Shown in pieces: positions 27,654-36,568 of a stretch of 64,000 bases of DNA. The notes below the pieces were generated by a model. It had not been told where the DNA came from. It ran no database searches and worked only from the letters and a program-made list of their open reading frames with translations. The DNA comes from Candidatus Daviesbacteria bacterium RIFCSPLOWO2_01_FULL_39_23 (lineage in GTDB: Bacteria > Patescibacteriota > Microgenomatia > Daviesbacterales > UBA10151). Where the stretch lies: the NCBI GenBank assembly GCA_001776935.1, contig MFDN01000001.1, forward strand, positions 19,619 to 83,618. The letters are read 5' to 3'. Position 1 is the first letter of the stretch. Each line of letters starts with the position of its first letter. The translations under genes and the position numbers were made by a program.

Positions 27654-28139
27654 ATGACTAATAATGACAGTTCAAGGAATACGAAAGACGTATACCTGAC
27701 ATCAAAAGGTTTGCTTGAATCCAAAGAAGAATTGGAATACCTAAAAAAAACTAAAAGGGCTCAAATTGCCGAAAAAATTCATCAGGCCCGCGAATATGGA
27801 GATTTGGCAGAGAATTCCGAATATGATACAGCCATGGAAGATCAGGCTATGATGGAAAGCCGGATTGCCCAGCTTGAAAGTATTCTCAAAAGCGCAAAAG
27901 TCATAGCAGATAAACATACTCAGGATTTTGTAGTGATCGGATCAACTGTCAAAATAGAAATGGATGACGGGATTGATGAATTTACTATTGTTGGAAGAGT
28001 TGAAGCAGATCCGTCTAAGAAAAAAATATCCAATGAATCCCCTTTGGGTTCGGCTTTGGTGGGTGCCAAAAAAGGTGAAGAAGTGGAAGTAGCAACTCCA
28101 ATTGTCAGATATAAATGCAAAGTTTTGGAGATAAAATGA
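27654..28139 (+). CDS. greA: Transcription elongation factor GreA
   Basis: LTSKGLLESKEELEYLKKTKRAQIAEKIHQAREYGDLAENSEYDTAMEDQAMMESRIAQLESIL (GreA N-terminal coiled-coil with acidic tip) plus C-terminal FKBP-like domain. Confidence 0.9.
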   Translation: MTNNDSSRNTKDVYLTSKGLLESKEELEYLKKTKRAQIAEKIHQAREYGDLAENSEYDTAMEDQAMMESRIAQLESILKSAKVIADKHTQDFVVIGSTVKIEMDDGIDEFTIVGRVEADPSKKKISNESPLGSALVGAKKGEEVEVATPIVRYKCKVLEIK

Positions 28140-29440
28140 TGGCAAAAGTATCAAGGGATGAGCCCTTACTCGAATTTAATCCAAAACTGCCCAAACTGTC
28201 TAAAAACGAACAGGCTGTCTTAAAGCTTTTAGTTGAGGCAGGTAGGTTAATTGTTCCTATTTACCTTGAACAGGAAAAACTCGCTCAGGTTAAAATTGAT
28301 AAAGCAGAAATTGAGAGATCTGCCAAAAAAGACCCCTCATTTTCATCTCCTTACACCAGCGTAGAAAGATTAAACGGAAAACTGGTAGCTATTCCCTATC
28401 ATATTAAATATGCAGCACCGCTTAAGCCTGTTGCAGATAAATTAAATGAAGCTGCAAATATTTCCGATAACAAAGAATTCGGAAAAGCTTTAAAGATACA
28501 GGCAAAAGTCTTATTGGATGGTAATTATGAAAAAGCATGGGAAGCCTGGTTAAAGATGAAACCTAATAGTTTGGATATTTCTATTGGTCCGCTTCATCAT
28601 CTGGCTAATCAATTTTTCTTTCCAAAGGCGGCTTATCATGCCTGGGTGGGAGTTATGGAAAAAGAAGGAACAATCAGATTCAATAACTACAAAACAGTGA
28701 CACTTAGCGCCAGAAGAAAGACGTTAACGCCTAAGGAAAGAATTGATCCTGCCAGTATCAAAGCAATAGTTTTGGATGCGGTGTTATTTGCTGGAATTAT
28801 GGCTAGAACAAAATTTGTGGGATTAACTTTACCGATTGATGTTAATGTAGTTGAAAAATACGGTGTCCAAGCAACACTTTTTAATCAACCTAATGATTTA
28901 AGATTAAAAGATCAAATTTTACCTACTTTTAATAAGATATTTTCAAAAGGGTTTAAAGAGGGGTTTAGCAAGGAGGATTTAAGAAGAGGATATCTAAGAA
29001 GTGCTGCCTTGCATGATCTTGCTCATAGTTATTTATACTATAAAAATGCCGCTAAAAATTTGGGGGATGATTTTTATACGGTATCTGAGCTTGCCGCTAC
29101 AGTATTAGGGCTTCGTTTAGCGGGTTACTTACTTCTAAAGGACAGAATTACAGAAAAAATGTTGGAATCAATGATCGTGGCTTTTATCAGCAGAAGTGTT
29201 TATCTAATGAGGGAGGAGGATAAAGATAATAAACTGATGAGTAACTATACTTTAGGAAGTAGAATATTTATGAATTTCATGTTTGAAAGCGGGGCTTTGA
29301 AGGAATTTAAGGATCTTATTATTGTGAATTTTACCAAAGTATTTGTTTCAATAAACGATTTATCTTCAATGCTTGAAAGTTTGCTTGCGCACGGAACCAA
29401 AGTTGACGCAGGATCTTTTGTGAAAAAATATTCTCAATGA
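28136..29440 (+). CDS. Hypothetical protein (~435 aa), conserved-looking but unassignable
   Basis: ATGA overlap with greA stop. Contains AALHDLAHSYLYY (HExxH-like with Asp). No confident family. Confidence 0.5.
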   Translation: MMAKVSRDEPLLEFNPKLPKLSKNEQAVLKLLVEAGRLIVPIYLEQEKLAQVKIDKAEIERSAKKDPSFSSPYTSVERLNGKLVAIPYHIKYAAPLKPVADKLNEAANISDNKEFGKALKIQAKVLLDGNYEKAWEAWLKMKPNSLDISIGPLHHLANQFFFPKAAYHAWVGVMEKEGTIRFNNYKTVTLSARRKTLTPKERIDPASIKAIVLDAVLFAGIMARTKFVGLTLPIDVNVVEKYGVQATLFNQPNDLRLKDQILPTFNKIFSKGFKEGFSKEDLRRGYLRSAALHDLAHSYLYYKNAAKNLGDDFYTVSELAATVLGLRLAGYLLLKDRITEKMLESMIVAFISRSVYLMREEDKDNKLMSNYTLGSRIFMNFMFESGALKEFKDLIIVNFTKVFVSINDLSSMLESLLAHGTKVDAGSFVKKYSQ

Positions 29441-29488
29441 TCTTAGTTTGATTTCCCTGATTATTATATAGTATAATCTTCGGCATTT

Positions 29489-30373
29489 ATGTTTGCAATG
29501 GAAGCGAAAAGAGCGCCAGTTTTACCGGTCAGTTTATTACAGGGTTTAAAGCCCTTTGAAACCGTAACTATTAAGGGGATTGATTACAATACTTTTAGAG
29601 TAACAAAGAGTAATATAGGCTTTTTAAGAAATGAAATAGTTCATCCTTTTGAGCAACCTCTACGCTATCGACCAATTCCTACTGCTTTGCAGGTTCGTCA
29701 CAATGTGTCCTTACGGGGAGAAGTTACTACTGCCAGTACGCCCGGACAGAATGGTTCAATTATTGGAGTATCATCTCAGGAATTGAGGAAAGTTATTATA
29801 GAGGAGGAGCGGATGAATGCATCGGTTTCACTACTTAGGTCAGTTGCCCAATCAAGGCAAAAAGAAGAAATTGGCGGAACTATGGCAAGGTTGCAGATTG
29901 TCAGACATCAACCTGTTGTTGTTTTGGGAAGAACAGGGTCATGGCGAATAATTCGTATGCTGGAAGAAATACCTTATGTGGAAGAAATTGTACCTGTTCA
30001 TCGAAGGATGGATAAAAGATCTATACAGGCAATGAAAACAGGGTTTTACCCGGCTGAATTTAACGAAATAGAACGAATTGATAAAGACGATTCGGATACA
30101 ATCACAGGAATTTGCCGAAATATTTATTCTCCGGATTCTGCCGAGAGCCGTAAACCTCCGTTAGACAATCCTGAAGGTATGCGAGTATATAGACAAATGG
30201 AAGAATCGGGATGGAAACCTAATGATGCAATCCGGTATGCTGCATGGATTAATAGAGAATTACTTCAGGAGCTAATACTTGCAGGAGAGGCGATCCCAGA
30301 GTTAAAATCAAAGGCTCTTTCTCCTGCTCGGAAATTTGTGGAAAAGATAAAAAGTATTATAAGGTTAAATTAA
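29489..30373 (+). CDS. Hypothetical protein (294 aa)
   Basis: ORF with no recognisable motif. Confidence 0.45.
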   Translation: MFAMEAKRAPVLPVSLLQGLKPFETVTIKGIDYNTFRVTKSNIGFLRNEIVHPFEQPLRYRPIPTALQVRHNVSLRGEVTTASTPGQNGSIIGVSSQELRKVIIEEERMNASVSLLRSVAQSRQKEEIGGTMARLQIVRHQPVVVLGRTGSWRIIRMLEEIPYVEEIVPVHRRMDKRSIQAMKTGFYPAEFNEIERIDKDDSDTITGICRNIYSPDSAESRKPPLDNPEGMRVYRQMEESGWKPNDAIRYAAWINRELLQELILAGEAIPELKSKALSPARKFVEKIKSIIRLN

Positions 30374-30425
30374 TTTCCTGATAGATCTACTTTTAAAAAA
30401 CTTCTTCTTCAGCTATACTTTAGCC

Positions 30426-32726
30426 ATGTATTGGGCAGACAGGGTAGCAAAAGAAATAATTAATTCAAAAAAGTATATGCCGTATTGGGTGGATGATATG
30501 TTTACACCCTCAGGCTTTGCTCATATTGGTTCTTTAAGAGGACCTCTTGTGCACGACCTTATCTACAAAGCTTTACTGCATAGCGGTCAGGATGTCAAAT
30601 CAACTTATGTTTTTAATGATTTTGACCCCATAGACGGACTGCCAAAAGAACTGGAAAAAGATTTTTCCAAATATTTAGGATTTCCTTTAAGAAATGTTCC
30701 TTCTCCCGAAAAAGGCTTTAAAAGTTTTGCCCACTTTTTTGCCGAGGATTTCAAAAAAGTCTTAAAAAGTTTAGGAGCAAATCCGCAATTTTTGTCCTCT
30801 TATGATATGTACCACGAGGGTAAATTTGACCAGGCGATTAAGTTGGCTTTGGATAATGCTGAAAAAATTCAGGATATTTATCAGAAGGTTAGCGGCAGTA
30901 AGAAAAAAGAGGCAGGCTGGCTGCCGCTTCAGGTAATTTGTCAAATGTGCGGCAAGTTAGGCACCACGAGGGTTCATGATTGGGACGGCGAAACCGTTGC
31001 TTATACTTGTGAACCTGATATGGTGAAATGGGCAAAGGGATGTGGCTATACCGGCAGGATTTCTCCTTTTGGGGGAAACGGAAAATTGCCCTGGAAAGTA
31101 GACTGGCCGGCTCACTGGATGGTAATGGGGGTAACAATTGAAGGGGCGGGTAAGGACCATTCCTCAGCCGGCGGATCAAGAGATATTGCCAGGGAACTGG
31201 TAAAAGAAGTTTTTAATATTGAAGAACCATACAATCTTCCTTACGAATTTTTCCTGATTGGCGGTAAAAAAATGGCTTCATCCAAGGGTTTGGGTTTGAA
31301 AGCCCGTGATTTTAACCAGTTGCTGCCTTCGGAGCTTGCCCGTTTCCTTTTTTCCAGGACAGATTACAAGCAAGCAGTAGAATTTGATCCTCTAGGCACC
31401 ATGGCCATACCGGATCTTTATGATGAATATGATCGCTGTTTCAATGCTTATCTTGAGAGATCAAATGAGGATTTGGCGAGAATATTTGAAATGTCTCAAA
31501 TAAAAAGTCTTCCTTCTAAGGACAAAATTCTTTTGCCAAGATTTCGGGATATTGTAAATTACATACAAATACCAAATATAGATGTATTAAAAAAATATGA
31601 AGAAATAAAAGGCAAAAAATTGTCCGGGATAGAAATAGAAATCATTAAGGAAAGGACAGAATATGCCAGAGTTTGGATTAGAGAATATGCTCCGGAAGAA
31701 TTTAAGCTGCAATTTAGCGAAACTTTACCGGAGAAGGCCAGGGAATTAACGGATGAACAAAAGCAGTATTTGAAAAAAGCAATTAATTTAATTGAAGAAA
31801 ATGATAATCCGGAAAAGTTGCAGCTGGTTTTGTATGATTTGGCTAAAGAATTAAAAATTGATGCCAAATCAGCTTTTGCTGCTATTTATACTGTTTTAAT
31901 TGGTAAAGCTTATGGTCCCAAAGCCGGCTGGTTGATACTTTCTTTAGATAAAAAATTTGTCCGGCAGAGATTTGATGAGGTTCTGCAGATTGAAAATGCA
32001 ACGGTTGCTGTAAATGATGTGAAATTAAACAACTTAAATAAGCCGGAAATTTTTTCTATTGATAAAGAGTTAAAGAGAAAATTTCCTTCTGTATCGGTGG
32101 GTATTGCCATTATTAAGGGTGTAGAAATTAAAAAAGCAGATGAGAGATTAGAGAAGGAAAAACAGGAATTGCTTGCAAGTTTGCAAGGATTGACTACTGA
32201 ACAAATTGGACAATATCCGGAAGTTTTAAATTACCGGAAATTATATAAAGAAACTGGAATAGATTGGCACTCAAGAAGACCAAGTCCGGAAGCGCTTTTG
32301 CGAAGAATTGCTTTAAATAAAGGTTTATATGCTGTCAATACCTGTGTGGATGCTTATAACTTGGTGGTAATGAAGTATCGGGTTTCTGCAGGAGCATTTG
32401 ATTTGGATAGAATCAAATTCCCAACCATTCTTCGATCAGCAGAAGAGGGTGAGGAAATATTGCTGTTAGGCGATGAGCAGCAGACAAAATATAAACAAGG
32501 TGAAGTAGCCTATTTCGACCAAAAAGGCGGATTTAATATTGATTTTAATTACAGGGATGCTAAAAGAACTGCAGTGCAGCTTGAGACAAAAAATTTATAT
32601 ATCAATGTTGACGGGATTTATGACATTACTCCGCAAAAAGTAGAAGAAGTTTTGAAGGAAGTTTGCGATATTATAATTAAATATTGCGGCGGCCAAGTAG
32701 AGGTTTTTGGAATGGAAGCAGGATAA
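30426..32726 (+). CDS. lysS: Class I lysyl-tRNA synthetase fused to a C-terminal B3/4 (PheT-like) domain
   Basis: MYWADRVAKEI, FAHIGSLRG (HIGH-type), LPWKVDWPAHW, KMASSKG (KMSKS) match archaeal-type class I LysRS through ~aa 520. C-terminal ~240 aa has SVGIAIIKGVEI...NTCVDAYNLVVMKYRVSAGAFDLDRIK, matching the B3/4 domain signature. Confidence 0.85.
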   Translation: MYWADRVAKEIINSKKYMPYWVDDMFTPSGFAHIGSLRGPLVHDLIYKALLHSGQDVKSTYVFNDFDPIDGLPKELEKDFSKYLGFPLRNVPSPEKGFKSFAHFFAEDFKKVLKSLGANPQFLSSYDMYHEGKFDQAIKLALDNAEKIQDIYQKVSGSKKKEAGWLPLQVICQMCGKLGTTRVHDWDGETVAYTCEPDMVKWAKGCGYTGRISPFGGNGKLPWKVDWPAHWMVMGVTIEGAGKDHSSAGGSRDIARELVKEVFNIEEPYNLPYEFFLIGGKKMASSKGLGLKARDFNQLLPSELARFLFSRTDYKQAVEFDPLGTMAIPDLYDEYDRCFNAYLERSNEDLARIFEMSQIKSLPSKDKILLPRFRDIVNYIQIPNIDVLKKYEEIKGKKLSGIEIEIIKERTEYARVWIREYAPEEFKLQFSETLPEKARELTDEQKQYLKKAINLIEENDNPEKLQLVLYDLAKELKIDAKSAFAAIYTVLIGKAYGPKAGWLILSLDKKFVRQRFDEVLQIENATVAVNDVKLNNLNKPEIFSIDKELKRKFPSVSVGIAIIKGVEIKKADERLEKEKQELLASLQGLTTEQIGQYPEVLNYRKLYKETGIDWHSRRPSPEALLRRIALNKGLYAVNTCVDAYNLVVMKYRVSAGAFDLDRIKFPTILRSAEEGEEILLLGDEQQTKYKQGEVAYFDQKGGFNIDFNYRDAKRTAVQLETKNLYINVDGIYDITPQKVEEVLKEVCDIIIKYCGGQVEVFGMEAG

Positions 32727-32731
32727 AAAAT

Positions 32732-33319
32732 ATGACCAGAGAAGAAGCTTACAAGTTAATGACTCAAATGCTCCAAAGCAAAAATCTGCAAAAGCATGGA
32801 TTGGCTGTTGAGGCAATCATGCGGGAGCTTTGTAAATATCTTAAGCTGAAAAATCCTGAGTTGCCTCTGGAGGAATTCGACGAAGAAGAGTGGGCAATTG
32901 TGGGGCTTTTGCATGATGCAGATTATGAACTGGTTGCTAAAGATTTAAGCAAGCATACCCTGGTTACTGAGGAAAAGTTAAGAGCTTTGGGCGGGGCATC
33001 TGAAAGGTTAATTAATGGGATTAAAGCTCATCACGAGGGAGTAAAAACTTCCCGGGATAATTTAATGGAAAAATCTGTTTATGCTGCAGATGAGCTCTCG
33101 GGCCTTATTACTGCTGTTGCTTTGGTAAGGCCAGACAAGAAATTATCTTCTGTTACAGTTGATTCGGTAATGAAAAAATTTACTCAAAAAGGCTTTGCAG
33201 CAGGTGCGCACAGGGGACAAATTTTAGCATGCGAAAAAGAATTAAATATTCCTTTGGAAGAATTTGTAAGTATTGCTTTAAAGGCTATGCAGGGTATATC
33301 AGATGAGCTCGACTTATAA
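32732..33319 (+). CDS. HD-domain phosphohydrolase
   Basis: HGLAVEAIMREL...VGLLHDADYE...KAHHEG (HD motif). ORF-track start 32684 overlaps lysS; ATG at 32732 chosen. Confidence 0.6.
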   Translation: MTREEAYKLMTQMLQSKNLQKHGLAVEAIMRELCKYLKLKNPELPLEEFDEEEWAIVGLLHDADYELVAKDLSKHTLVTEEKLRALGGASERLINGIKAHHEGVKTSRDNLMEKSVYAADELSGLITAVALVRPDKKLSSVTVDSVMKKFTQKGFAAGAHRGQILACEKELNIPLEEFVSIALKAMQGISDELDL

Positions 33320-33366
33320 TATAATCAGCTTGTTTTTGTGATTTGTGACTTCGCTGATTAATTAGA

Positions 33367-33957
33367 ATGAATTTAAAGGATTTAAAAAAAATTTTAAAAG
33401 TTTTCTTGACGCTGCAGTGGGCAAAAGAATTACCCAGACAGGGTTTTATTGCTCTGGGTTTTAAAAGGAATGAAGCAGATTCTGTGGCAGCACATAGTTT
33501 TGTGACTGCGCTTTTGGCATATTTTTTGGCAAAACAACTTCAGAAAGAAGGGATGAAAGTTGACAGCGAAAAGGTTTTAAAGATGGGACTTTTTCATGAT
33601 ATCGGTGAAACTATTGTCGGAGATGTGGGGACTTTTGTTAAAGGAATGGCGGGAGGGGTTTTCAAAGATATTGAAAAAGAAGGAGTTAAGACCTTGGTGG
33701 AAGGCTTAGACTCAGAGGAAGAAATAGTAGGGCTTATAGAAGAATATAATAAAAGGGAATCTTTGGAAGCGCGTATTGTGAAGGCAGCAGATAATCTCGA
33801 TGCTTTGGCTCAAGCAAAGGGTGTACCCGGAGCTCAAAATGCGCTAAAATATTTTAAGCAGATGTATCATATAACCAAATTTGAGTGGCATAAAAAAGCG
33901 GTTGATTTAATATTATCAGGAGAAGTCGAGCCCGGAAGGGATTGGCAGAAGATATAG
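33367..33957 (+). CDS. HD-domain hydrolase, YfbR-like 5'-deoxynucleotidase family
   Basis: HSFVTALLAYFLA...MGLFHDIGETIVGDV parallels YfbR HSLxVA...HDxxExxxGD. Confidence 0.65.
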   Translation: MNLKDLKKILKVFLTLQWAKELPRQGFIALGFKRNEADSVAAHSFVTALLAYFLAKQLQKEGMKVDSEKVLKMGLFHDIGETIVGDVGTFVKGMAGGVFKDIEKEGVKTLVEGLDSEEEIVGLIEEYNKRESLEARIVKAADNLDALAQAKGVPGAQNALKYFKQMYHITKFEWHKKAVDLILSGEVEPGRDWQKI

Positions 33958-34028
33958 GATAGCAGGAAATAGTGATCAGTCCAAAAGACTAATTACTACT
34001 ATCCTTCTTCCTACTATCCTAATTAAAT

Positions 34029-35261
34029 ATGTTAGATATAAACTATATTAGAGATAATTTAGAAAAAGTAAGAAAATCTATTCAGGCTAGAAAAGCTGGT
34101 GTGGATTTGGATCAGCTTTTAAGACTTGATGAAAGCAGGCGTGATTTAATCCAAAAAGTTGATGCACTGCGGGCAAAGAGGAACGAAGCTGCTAAGGCAA
34201 AAGATATAGAAGCCGGTAAAAAAATCAAAGGCGAGCTTGATAGTTTGGAGAAGCAGTTGGGCAAGACAGAAAAAGAATGGAATTCTTTAATGCTGCAAGT
34301 ACCGAATATTTTGCTCGATGAAGTGCCGATAGGAGATGTATCAAAAAATAAAACCATAGAAAAAGTTGGGGAATTGCCGGAATTTTCTTTTAAGCCAAAA
34401 GATCATATAGAGCTGGGTAAACTTTTAAATATTATTGATTTTGAACGGGGTGTAAAGACAGGAGGGTTTCGGGGATATTATTTAAAAAACGAAGGAGCAA
34501 GACTTCACTGGGCGGTTTTGCAGTTTGCTTTTGATCACCTGATCTTAAAAGGTTTTCAACCTGTTGTGCCGCCTGTAATAAACAGAAGATTTGCTCTTGT
34601 TGGAGGAGGCCAGTTTCCCTGGGGCGAAGAAGATACATACAAAGTTTCGGATGAGGATTTTCTGGTGGGAACTGCAGAGATTCCTTTGATGGCAATGCAT
34701 TCTGATGAAACTTTTGATACTGGTGATTTACCAAAAAAGTATGTAGGCATGTCTGCATGTTTCAGGACAGAAATCGGGTCTTATGGAAAAGATACAAAAG
34801 GGCTTTACCGGGTGCATGAGTTTTATAAAGTCGAACAGGTGATTTTGTGTGAGTCAGACGAGCAGCAGTCTTTAGGGTTTTTTGAAGAGCTTCAGGAAAA
34901 CAGCGAAGAGCTTTTAAGAAAATTAGGCCTTCCCTATCAAGTGGTGGTTTTATCTTCCGAAGATATGGGCAAAAAAGCTGCTTTAACATATGATATAGAA
35001 ACATGGATGAGCGGGAGAGGTAGTTTTGGCGAAACTCATTCAAACTCCATAGTTTTAGATTTTCAAACCAGAAGACTGAAGATTAAATACCGCGATAAAG
35101 ATGGAAATATCAAATATTGCCATGCTTTAAATAATACTGCCATTGCTTCTCCAAGAATTTTAATTGCTATTTTGGAAAATTTTCAAGCCGAAGACGGAAC
35201 AGTTAAAATCCCCGAAGCTTTACAAAAATACACGGGGTTTTCAGAAATTATACCTAAGTAA
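34029..35261 (+). CDS. serS: Seryl-tRNA synthetase
   Basis: MLDINYIRDNLEKVRKSI N-terminal coiled-coil arm. Class II core motifs (FRTEIGSYGKDTKGLYRVHEF, GLPYQVVVLSSEDMG). Confidence 0.9.
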   Translation: MLDINYIRDNLEKVRKSIQARKAGVDLDQLLRLDESRRDLIQKVDALRAKRNEAAKAKDIEAGKKIKGELDSLEKQLGKTEKEWNSLMLQVPNILLDEVPIGDVSKNKTIEKVGELPEFSFKPKDHIELGKLLNIIDFERGVKTGGFRGYYLKNEGARLHWAVLQFAFDHLILKGFQPVVPPVINRRFALVGGGQFPWGEEDTYKVSDEDFLVGTAEIPLMAMHSDETFDTGDLPKKYVGMSACFRTEIGSYGKDTKGLYRVHEFYKVEQVILCESDEQQSLGFFEELQENSEELLRKLGLPYQVVVLSSEDMGKKAALTYDIETWMSGRGSFGETHSNSIVLDFQTRRLKIKYRDKDGNIKYCHALNNTAIASPRILIAILENFQAEDGTVKIPEALQKYTGFSEIIPK

Positions 35262-35264
35262 GGT

Positions 35265-35531
35265 ATGGATATTATACAACTTGAGGAAGAATTAAATAAG
35301 ATCAAAGAGAGAAACAGGAGGGTAGAAAGAGAAAAGGCTTGGGAAATTTCATGGACCAGAAAAATAATGGTGGCTGTTCTAACTTATATAGTGGTGGCTG
35401 TATTTTTCTTTTATCTCCGGACGCCTGATCCAATGGAAACAGCAATTGTACCGACTATAGCCTTTCTTTTGTCAACTATGTCAGCTCCATTTATTAAAAA
35501 GTTGTGGTTAAGATATATCCACGAAAAATAG
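35265..35531 (+). CDS. Small hypothetical membrane protein (88 aa)
   Basis: Coiled-coil N-terminus followed by two TM helices. Confidence 0.4.
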   Translation: MDIIQLEEELNKIKERNRRVEREKAWEISWTRKIMVAVLTYIVVAVFFFYLRTPDPMETAIVPTIAFLLSTMSAPFIKKLWLRYIHEK

Positions 35532-35535
35532 ATTT

Positions 35536-36471
35536 CTATCTTCCCTGTCGCTGAAGAAGTATCTGGGCTGCAGAAGAAGCTTGCGGGCTGGCGTTACTTC
35601 CTCCAAGTTCACCAAAGTTAGATGAGCTGGAAGCGCCTGGTTGTTCGCTGGGCTGGGCAGATGTTGCAGCTATGGGAGTAGCAGCTGGCGGCGTTGCCGT
35701 TGATGTATTAGTAGTTGTAGTTGCGGGTAAACTGGTTGTAGGCTTAGAAGCCTGGCCGATGCCCAATATAAAATAGGCAGACGCTCCGGCGACAAGAATC
35801 AATAATCCTATACCCACTCCAATAAGCCAAAGCGGCAATTTTTTATGATTTTCAGTAGAGACATTGGGAACTTCGGGTGTTTGGGCAGGCGGAACGACCA
35901 CTGTTTCCGGGTTAGAATCAACAGATTGAGGCGAAGTGTTATTGTTGGTTATTAAGTGAGAAAGATCTGTTGGAGCGGTTTCCGTATTTGTCCAGCTGGG
36001 CTGAACAGCAGGTTGGGTTTCGGGTGCGGAAGGGATACCTGTTGATTCCTGTTGGGATGTATTTGTTGCGGGGAGAGATGCAGAAGTTTGTATTTCAGTA
36101 GACTGAGAGACGGGTTCGGGCATGAAAGTTGGGGTTGGTTCTGGTTGGGGTTGAGCAATTTCTTCCGGTTGAGCAGGAGGGCTCCAGGTGGGGGTTTGAT
36201 TTTGGGCTGTTTCATAAACAGACGGCTCCGCTGCAGCACTTTGTTCACTGGCTGGCATTGTTGGTGCAGGCCACATATCAGCAGGTGCAGCTGCAGCAGG
36301 TTGAGAAGGTTGTTGGGGCCAAGTTGGTACCGGGTCAGGAGATGATTGGGGAAGCTCCGGAACAGAGGTTGGGAGGTTATTCAAATCAGAGGTCGGTTGC
36401 GGAGTTGCTCCAAAAGGCGAGACAGGATCTGAGTTATTAGTAGGCGAAGTTGGATTGTTCTGGTTGTCCAT
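35536..36471 (-). CDS. Pro/Thr/Ser/Gln-rich low-complexity membrane-anchored protein
   Basis: 311 aa, single TM (LPLWLIGVGIGLLILVAGASAYFILGI) flanked by PT-rich tracts. Opposite-strand ORFs over this region judged spurious. Confidence 0.5.
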   Translation of the reverse strand: MDNQNNPTSPTNNSDPVSPFGATPQPTSDLNNLPTSVPELPQSSPDPVPTWPQQPSQPAAAAPADMWPAPTMPASEQSAAAEPSVYETAQNQTPTWSPPAQPEEIAQPQPEPTPTFMPEPVSQSTEIQTSASLPATNTSQQESTGIPSAPETQPAVQPSWTNTETAPTDLSHLITNNNTSPQSVDSNPETVVVPPAQTPEVPNVSTENHKKLPLWLIGVGIGLLILVAGASAYFILGIGQASKPTTSLPATTTTNTSTATPPAATPIAATSAQPSEQPGASSSSNFGELGGSNASPQASSAAQILLQRQGR

Positions 36472-36568
36472 TCGGGCAGAATTTAGATATTGTTAGTGTA
36501 TAAAAATCTGTAACTCATTGTCAATGATGGAATATATGCGTAGTATTCAGGTATAATATACGCTGACT

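Noticed and set aside
35952-36440. Three overlapping ORFs (35952..36248 -, 36052..36345 +, 36129..36440 +) over the PT-rich protein gene
   Set aside because: Low-complexity repetitive DNA yields open frames on all strands. Only the minus-strand 311-aa frame has a TM helix and consistent composition.
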